From a virus (lineage: Duplodnaviria > Caudoviricetes): 64,000 nucleotides of DNA. Shown piece after piece: positions 57,982 through 64,000 of this stretch (position 1 is its first letter; each line of letters begins with the position of its first letter). Where the stretch lies: IMG/VR virus record IMGVR_UViG_3300021185_002017. One strand, given 5' to 3'. Below the pieces are notes generated by a model. It saw only the letters and a list, made by a program, of their open reading frames with translations, made no database searches and was not told where the DNA came from. Position numbers and translations under genes: made by a program.

Positions 57982-58953
57982 ATGGCTTCAGGATCAGCAG
58001 TAACAATAACAGGCGGCACTAATATGACGCAAGTCGTAGCAGGCACGGACACGATTGCTGCCGCGGACTTTAATAATGCTCGAACAAATGTAAACACTTT
58101 ATTAAGTGGCGCTGCTGATGTAACGACAGGTACATTTACAGTAGCAAACACTTACGGTTGGAATCAAGGTGGTGCAGGTGTTAGTGCAGCAAGTGCAGGT
58201 AATACAGTGCAAGATACAGGCGCAGGTGGTTTTAAAGATTTACAGGATGATGTACAGGCAATGTGTGCATTCTTAGGACAATCAGTAAGATCAGGTGTAG
58301 GTTCAGATGTATCAACATCAGATACTATAACAGCGGCAACTTGGAATAACTTGATGCTAAACGTTAAAGATTGTTGGGATAATAGATTTTCACCAGCAGG
58401 TAGAACAGCGGCAACAGATGGTAGTACTACTAGAACATCATCGTGGACTAATACACTAACTCAAACTACTACATGGACATTTGCTAATGAGGGTGCTTGT
58501 AGAGCATTCTTTAACGGCGGTGGTGCTGTAGGCATGAGTGCAAGTAGAAGTGGTGGTACAAGTAATACTCAGAATACACAATGGACTAATAAACTAAGTG
58601 GTATTTCAGATGTATGGTTATATCATAACACAACATCAGCAAGTGCTGGTACAAGTGCAGGACTTGGTTTTTATGAGTTAACTACTAGTTACCAACAAAT
58701 TATGATTTACTATGGTGGAACATCTCCATATACTTCAGACTATATTCAAGTACTTGCTAAAGTAAATAGCACAACTAACCCAACTGTAATTTCAATTCAA
58801 ACAAAATTACGAGATGAAGGCGATAACGTGCTTGATGAAGCGGTAAACGGTACACTTACTATTAACGCAAGAAGAAATCAGCCTAACGCAAGTGGTTCAG
58901 GCTTTAGTTTTGCTACACCAACAGACAGTGTAGGAACAATTAGCGGAAGTTAA
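57982..58953 (+). CDS. Thr/Ser/Gly-rich virion structural protein
   Basis: 323-aa ORF, AGGAG RBS, repeated DTI.AA.FN/WN helical motif, co-transcribed with the fibre gene. Confidence 0.65.
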   Translation: MASGSAVTITGGTNMTQVVAGTDTIAAADFNNARTNVNTLLSGAADVTTGTFTVANTYGWNQGGAGVSAASAGNTVQDTGAGGFKDLQDDVQAMCAFLGQSVRSGVGSDVSTSDTITAATWNNLMLNVKDCWDNRFSPAGRTAATDGSTTRTSSWTNTLTQTTTWTFANEGACRAFFNGGGAVGMSASRSGGTSNTQNTQWTNKLSGISDVWLYHNTTSASAGTSAGLGFYELTTSYQQIMIYYGGTSPYTSDYIQVLAKVNSTTNPTVISIQTKLRDEGDNVLDEAVNGTLTINARRNQPNASGSGFSFATPTDSVGTISGS

Positions 58954-58968
58954 TAATTAACTAACTTT

Positions 58969-59003
58969 AAAAAGCCAGTAATTACAGTTACTGGCTTTTT
59001 TTT
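58969..59003 (+). terminator. Rho-independent terminator
   Basis: AAAAAGCCAGTAA-6nt-TTACTGGCTTTTT followed by further Ts. Confidence 0.85.
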
Positions 59004-59018
59004 GGCTTAAATATAGGT

Positions 59019-59378
59019 ATGAGTACACGATTATCTAAAGCACTAGAATTTGCAAATTACCGAGTCACCCTGAACAATCAGAACGCTGCCTTGAAGGCTA
59101 AAACTCAAAACTTATTGAGCTACAGTATTAACGGTGGTACATTTGTTATTGATTTACCATTACTTACATTTTGTAAGCAACTTATAGATCTCAAGCATAA
59201 AGATGCAGTTCTATTAGACAGTTTTGATAATCCTATCAAAGTAGAGCTAAAAGAATTTCATAAAGAGATTCTTAGTAGATGGTTCGAAGTTACAAATGAC
59301 TACTACACTGAGTATGAAAAATTACGCAGAGCAAGAAAAGTTCATAAGATTTTGGATTTAAATGAAAAGGAAGAATAG
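59019..59378 (+). CDS. Hypothetical protein (119 aa)
   Basis: ORF preceded by the late-like motif CTTAAATA (59006-59013). Confidence 0.7.
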   Translation: MSTRLSKALEFANYRVTLNNQNAALKAKTQNLLSYSINGGTFVIDLPLLTFCKQLIDLKHKDAVLLDSFDNPIKVELKEFHKEILSRWFEVTNDYYTEYEKLRRARKVHKILDLNEKEE

Positions 59379-60258
59379 CCGCGGCATCTTAATGTTTGCC
59401 CATAACAACGACGAAATAGATTATTTCAAGTTGGCAGTAGTAAACAGTTTCTTAATACAAAAACACTTAGGTATTAAGGATATCACTGTGGTAACAGATT
59501 CGCATAGTTTAGCTCACGCAGAAAAAGAGCTAGGCAAAAAGACTATTAAGAAAGCAATAAACAATATAGTCATTAGTGAAAAAGATAGAAACTTTAAAAG
59601 AGCAAACATACGGATATACAAAGATACCAGTCACACTGCAAAAAACTTATCATTTTATAATGTAAACAGATGTGATGCATACGATATCTCACCGTATGAT
59701 GAAACTATATTACTTGATGCAGACTACCTTATATTAAGTGATACATTGAATCAGTGTTGGGAACACAACAACGAACTGATGATGAATTGGAAGTGGCAAG
59801 ATGTTATGCACGAAAGAGAATTCGAAAACTTAGATAGACTCAACGAATTAGGCATAACAATGTATTGGGCCACTGTGGTGTACTTTAAAAAGACACCATA
59901 TGTAGAAAGTTTTTTCAATTGTGTAAAACATGTAAAAGACAACAGTCAATTTTACAGAGACTTATACAAATGGAAAGGTAGGTTATATAGAAACGATTAT
60001 AGTTTTAGTGTAGCCGCACACACGATGTCGGGCTTTATAGATAAAGGAATCCCTCAACTGCCTACAACACTGTACAAAACATTTGATACAGATGATGTAC
60101 ATAGTGCAATGAGCGAGGACACTCTTTTGTTGTATTTAGAAAAGCCTAGATCACCTGGTGATTTTATGATTACCAAATGGAGCGGAGTTGATTTGCATGT
60201 AATGAACAAATGGGCAATCAACAGAATTAGCAAGGAGTTACTCGACTATGTCGCCTGA
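59362..60258 (+). CDS. GT-A fold glycosyltransferase-like protein
   Basis: N-terminal RGILMFA beta strand; SPYDETILLDAD (DxD motif). Confidence 0.75.
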   Translation: MKRKNSRGILMFAHNNDEIDYFKLAVVNSFLIQKHLGIKDITVVTDSHSLAHAEKELGKKTIKKAINNIVISEKDRNFKRANIRIYKDTSHTAKNLSFYNVNRCDAYDISPYDETILLDADYLILSDTLNQCWEHNNELMMNWKWQDVMHEREFENLDRLNELGITMYWATVVYFKKTPYVESFFNCVKHVKDNSQFYRDLYKWKGRLYRNDYSFSVAAHTMSGFIDKGIPQLPTTLYKTFDTDDVHSAMSEDTLLLYLEKPRSPGDFMITKWSGVDLHVMNKWAINRISKELLDYVA

Positions 60259-60406
60259 AGACAAGGACTTTCGAAAGAGACAACAAGATTTAACAGAATT
60301 AAACGGAGATGGAAATCGTCAGCGTGGTAGATACGGTGAAGATGAGAGCCATCTCAAACCTGAAGAGGATGAAAAAGATAGCAAAGAAAACACCGAAGGT
60401 AGGTGA
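60248..60406 (+). CDS. 52-aa charged protein (not in ORF track)
   Basis: Manual translation MSPEDKDFRKRQQDLTELNGDGNRQRGRYGEDESHLKPEEDEKDSKENTEGR; GGAG upstream. Confidence 0.4.
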   Translation: MSPEDKDFRKRQQDLTELNGDGNRQRGRYGEDESHLKPEEDEKDSKENTEGR

Positions 60407-60551
60407 TCTAATTGAACACACTTGTTCTTTGAACGGAAAGTTTGAAGGCAAAGTAGTGCAATTATTGTCTATGCAGTTTGTATATGAAACTGCAAAAGGT
60501 GATAGGCGTTTCTGTCTCTTTAGGGAAACATGGAGGTTTATTGATGGCTAA
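60369..60551 (+). CDS. Small beta-rich (SH3/KOW-like) hypothetical protein; start uncertain
   Basis: PKVGDLIEH...GKVVQLL pattern; track start 60309 is an alternative. Confidence 0.55.
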   Translation: MKKIAKKTPKVGDLIEHTCSLNGKFEGKVVQLLSMQFVYETAKGDRRFCLFRETWRFIDG

Positions 60552-60717
60552 AAAGAAACAAGAAGATATGGCTGACCACAGACCGGCTGTCAGCGATTTA
60601 TGGAAAACTGATTCTATAAATTGGGACTTGATTCAACGCATGAGATTTATGAATGCAGATGCAGAAATAGATCCAGAGGATAGTTATTCCAAGGGCAGAA
60701 AGTTTGATGAAGACTAG
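60544..60717 (+). CDS. Hypothetical protein (57 aa)
   Basis: GGAGG RBS at 60532-60536 supports the start MAKKKQED rather than the track's 60478. Confidence 0.6.
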   Translation: MAKKKQEDMADHRPAVSDLWKTDSINWDLIQRMRFMNADAEIDPEDSYSKGRKFDED

Positions 60718-61153
60718 GTATTACATACTCGCAGGTATAGTTTACACATTGTTTGTAGGCTTTATTGTGAATACTGTAACCTACAGAGTGACATACGAAG
60801 AAGTTAAGGAATCATGCTTAATAGATGGCTGTACAAATGTATATGAATACACAGGTGAAGTCGGTGGTGAGGAATGGGAAGAACTAATCATAATTGCTGA
60901 AGAGCTTCAAGAAGAAGCGGAAATGTGGGAGGCAAGTGCCGACGCAAAATGGGAAAGTGACGAGAATCCATACTACAACACAGCATCTGAACAATCCGAT
61001 GCCGCAGTATATGTTAATATGTTTATGATGTTAGCAGATCCTATAAACTGGTTGTTTACATTTTTAATAGCAAGTTTTATAGCAGGTTTCTACTTAGCAT
61101 TTTATAGTTGTAAACTAGCAATAGAAAGATATTTTAAAGAGGGCAATGAGTAA
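60704..61153 (+). CDS. Membrane protein with an acidic loop between two hydrophobic segments
   Basis: Hydrophobic N- and C-terminal segments flanking a Glu-rich region. Confidence 0.65.
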   Translation: MMKTRYYILAGIVYTLFVGFIVNTVTYRVTYEEVKESCLIDGCTNVYEYTGEVGGEEWEELIIIAEELQEEAEMWEASADAKWESDENPYYNTASEQSDAAVYVNMFMMLADPINWLFTFLIASFIAGFYLAFYSCKLAIERYFKEGNE

Positions 61154-61469
61154 AGATTTAGGAAGAAAGTTTTGTGCATTCTGGATATTTGTAATATTCT
61201 TTTGGATGTGGCCATACAGGCTAGTAACAAAAAGGAACAACTGTTATTTTTGGACACTGGAAAAACTTATAACAGACGGCGGCAGTGTCAAATGGTATAA
61301 AAGTCATATCTGGTATGGGTACCACTGTACTTGGATTGACACCGAAGGAGTGGAGTGGGAATACACTTTGCCAAAAATGAAAAAGACTTCTTTATGGGGT
61401 GTGATGTGGTACCATGGCAAAATAAGGAAGTTTAGTAGAGGAAATAATTATTTTTTAAAGGGCAAGTAA
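61146..61469 (+). CDS. Trp-rich small protein, possibly membrane-anchored
   Basis: FCAFWIFVIFFWMW hydrophobic N-terminus. Confidence 0.6.
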   Translation: MSKDLGRKFCAFWIFVIFFWMWPYRLVTKRNNCYFWTLEKLITDGGSVKWYKSHIWYGYHCTWIDTEGVEWEYTLPKMKKTSLWGVMWYHGKIRKFSRGNNYFLKGK

Positions 61470-61470
61470 A

Positions 61471-61716
61471 ATGAATTGGTGGGATAAATTTTTAGAGTGG
61501 GGTTGGCAGAGAGAAGCCGATAACCAGTTTCAAAAAGGACAAGAAGAAAAGAAAGTTATCGATATGATGGCAGATGATGTTGACCCAAACGAAGTCACAA
61601 TCGAGAACGCATATAAAACAAGATGGATATGGTATCACACTATTCTAGCAATAGGTATCTTTATGACAAACATAGTTTTAATAGCAATCTTTTTATTATT
61701 AGCGATTAAGTTATGA
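61471..61716 (+). CDS. Small protein with C-terminal transmembrane helix
   Basis: ILAIGIFMTNIVLIAIFLLLAI. Confidence 0.65.
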   Translation: MNWWDKFLEWGWQREADNQFQKGQEEKKVIDMMADDVDPNEVTIENAYKTRWIWYHTILAIGIFMTNIVLIAIFLLLAIKL

Positions 61717-62576
61717 GCAGAGGATACATAGTAATAGCACAAAACAATAAGACTGTTGATTACTTAGAACAGGCGTATGCCCTAGCACTCAATTTAAAGT
61801 TAACACAGAGCACTGTAAGCAATCTAACAGTGTGTGTAGACGCCGCAACGAAAGCATTAATTAAAACAAAACACAAACAAGTTTTTGATCATATTGTTGA
61901 TATTCCATGGAATGACGATGCTGAAAATCAACCTTGGAAGATCAATAACAAGTGGAAGTTCTATTATATGTCACCGTATGACGAAACAGTTATACTAGAC
62001 ACTGATATGATATTCCCCACTGATGTAAGTTACTGGTGGGATATGTTAAGCGAACGAGATGTGTGGGCTACTACAAATGTTAGAACATACAGGGGAGATG
62101 TTGTTACTAGTGATTACTATAGAAAGTATTTTGTTGCTAATGAATTATCTAATGTGTACACAGCATTCTTTTATTTTAAGAAAAGCGACTTGGCTAGTGA
62201 ATTGTTTGCAATGATTGAAATCATATTTCAGCACTGGCAACGAATGTTTTATAAGTATATGCCCAAAGGCAAGCCAGCATGGTTAAGCGGAGATGTTGCG
62301 TATGCATTAGCAATGCAATTGTTAGACATTGAAGCAGAATGTACTAAGCCACTAGCAAATAACTTTCCTACTTTTGTACACATGAAAAGTCATGTACAGG
62401 ATATAGCATCTACACTTATAGATGAGAATTGGACTAAGACATTACCTACTTATTATAACAAGTATGATGATTTTAAAATAGGAAACTTTCAGCAACTATT
62501 ACCTTTTCATTATGTAGAAAAAAATTGGATGAAGCCAGATATGGTAAAACAAATGGAGAACGATCTTGGTATCTGA
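61713..62576 (+). CDS. GT-A fold glycosyltransferase-like protein (paralog of 59362..60258)
   Basis: SRGYIVIAQ start; SPYDETVILDTD (DxD motif). Confidence 0.75.
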   Translation: MSRGYIVIAQNNKTVDYLEQAYALALNLKLTQSTVSNLTVCVDAATKALIKTKHKQVFDHIVDIPWNDDAENQPWKINNKWKFYYMSPYDETVILDTDMIFPTDVSYWWDMLSERDVWATTNVRTYRGDVVTSDYYRKYFVANELSNVYTAFFYFKKSDLASELFAMIEIIFQHWQRMFYKYMPKGKPAWLSGDVAYALAMQLLDIEAECTKPLANNFPTFVHMKSHVQDIASTLIDENWTKTLPTYYNKYDDFKIGNFQQLLPFHYVEKNWMKPDMVKQMENDLGI

Positions 62577-63231
62577 AGCAGCACTTGCTAGAAAGAAAAG
62601 ATTCATGGAAGCCAAAGAAGAGCATGGTGGAGATGTTGCTGGCTTAACAAAGCATATTGAATCATTAGATTGGAACTTGTGGCACGAAGAAGATGGCACA
62701 ATTATATCTATGAGCAAAGAATGGAATGAAAAACTAGCAGACAAATATGAAACTGCTAAGTTTAACAACGAACAAGTAAGTATATTACAAGACAAGAACT
62801 GGAACTTGTATCGTATACGCACAGACAAACACAATAAGCATGTAAAATTTATTGAAGTACGCCCTGTGGTAATTGATAAAATTAGTACAGAAGATGACTT
62901 CTTATTTCAAGTAGATAACAATTCTAAGTCAGCATACGACATTAAAATAGTTTTAAGTTCTAAGGACATAACAGTTACTCCACATTTAAATCTTTTAGAA
63001 AAGTATGCAGAAATTGCAATAGAGGATGCTGTTATCAACGGCAGAAAAGTATTCCCGTTGTATATAACATCGAAAAACGATCCTAGTTTTATGTTCCACA
63101 CTATAAACATATCACTGTACGATATACTAAATAGTAAAAAAGTAATAAAAGAAACACCTACTGATTTTAGAGGATGTAGTATTTTTACACAGAAACTATT
63201 TGACAATTACAAGTATGAGGAGAAAAAATGA
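62566..63231 (+). CDS. Hypothetical protein (paralog of 63228..63887)
   Basis: Shares ALARKxRF...HGG, INGxxxF and TQxLFDxY with the next gene. Confidence 0.7.
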   Translation: MVSEAALARKKRFMEAKEEHGGDVAGLTKHIESLDWNLWHEEDGTIISMSKEWNEKLADKYETAKFNNEQVSILQDKNWNLYRIRTDKHNKHVKFIEVRPVVIDKISTEDDFLFQVDNNSKSAYDIKIVLSSKDITVTPHLNLLEKYAEIAIEDAVINGRKVFPLYITSKNDPSFMFHTINISLYDILNSKKVIKETPTDFRGCSIFTQKLFDNYKYEEKK

Positions 63232-63887
63232 GCGACGAACTTAGTCCACAGGCACTAGCAAGAAAGCAAAGATTTTTGGATGAAAAAGGAACACACGGTG
63301 GTTTTGATAACTTAGTGAAAGCTCAAGAAACTAGAGCAAGGCGTGTATACTTCGATGAGCGTGGCGACATAATGAGTATATGTCATCAAGAACCACACGA
63401 AGTTAATCCATTATGGCTCACATACAATTTTGATCAGCATGTTATTAATGAACTAGATGATAAAGATGTTAATAAGTTTTGGGTAGTAACACGAAAAGAT
63501 CAAACATGCGAAATACAAATACGCCCACAAGCAACAGTGTATGCAACATTAACAGCAGATGATACTGTTAAAGTAGAGTTTGATCCTGAATTAGAAGTAG
63601 CAGATTGTATGGTTTCTATCAAAGAAGATCATGCAGAAATACAATTAAGCGATAAGTTTAAGGAAACAATGAAAGGAGTTTACCCTATACAAGCAACAAT
63701 TAATGGTAAACGAATATTTAAATTCTTTATGTGTGATGCTGATCAGCAAGGTGTTATATTTGATACCATCACAGTTTCGATGGTTGAGCTGTTAACAGAA
63801 AAAATAGTTACTAAAGAACTACTTGCAGACTTGCGCCATTGTACAGTTTACACACAACCTTTGTTCGATAAATACTTGAGAGTATAA
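63228..63887 (+). CDS. Hypothetical protein (paralog of 62566..63231)
   Basis: Same shared motifs as the preceding gene. Confidence 0.7.
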   Translation: MSDELSPQALARKQRFLDEKGTHGGFDNLVKAQETRARRVYFDERGDIMSICHQEPHEVNPLWLTYNFDQHVINELDDKDVNKFWVVTRKDQTCEIQIRPQATVYATLTADDTVKVEFDPELEVADCMVSIKEDHAEIQLSDKFKETMKGVYPIQATINGKRIFKFFMCDADQQGVIFDTITVSMVELLTEKIVTKELLADLRHCTVYTQPLFDKYLRV

Positions 63888-63902
63888 ACAGGACAACACA
63901 AT

Positions 63903-64000
63903 ATGGCAAAGATAGATGTCACTGAGCTAGACATTTTCTATATTTCATACGATGAACCCAATTGCGAAGAACATTGGGCAGATCTATTGAACAAGGTACC
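63903..64000 (+). CDS. Partial CDS, possibly glycosyltransferase-related
   Basis: Manual translation MAKIDVTELDIFYISYDEPNCEEHWADLLNKV...; AGGA RBS; truncated by the window end. Confidence 0.55.
   Translation, partial: MAKIDVTELDIFYISYDEPNCEEHWADLLNKV

Noticed and set aside
1-64000. Alternative genetic code (stop-codon reassignment as in some jumbo phages)
   Set aside because: Standard code gives dense, full-length genes including a 16.8-kb ORF; TAA, TAG and TGA all appear at plausible gene ends.

Overview
AT-rich (roughly one-third GC by eye) segment of a large lytic T4-like myovirus, probably a jumbo phage of a Gram-negative host (it carries an outer-membrane porin gene and a lipoprotein gene). 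Minus strand, left arm: four tail-fibre/appendage genes (one Mtd_N-type, two ending in Peptidase_G2-type intramolecular chaperones), a self-contained porin gene, an SGNH hydrolase, the T4-order head module (gp20-68-67-21-22-23) and a tape-measure gene. Centre: gp26/gp51-like genes, a ~550-bp non-coding structured region, a GIY-YIG nuclease, gp46/gp47 and an enlarged gp55 late sigma factor. Plus strand, right arm: baseplate module (gp48/54-, gp53-, gp27-, gp5-, gp25-, gp6-like), a 5616-aa wedge-like protein, another G2-chaperoned fibre and a glycosyltransferase cluster. Main observations: (1) a probable programmed -1 frameshift fusing gp26 to gp51; (2) a multi-hairpin putative ncRNA directly behind a stand-alone GIY-YIG gene; (3) late promoters of type GATAAATA, four of them with a 16-bp dyad element at fixed spacing; (4) a porin gene with its own sigma70 promoter and terminator; (5) two small genes missed by the ORF track. 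All family assignments come from motif recognition by eye; no database searches were run.
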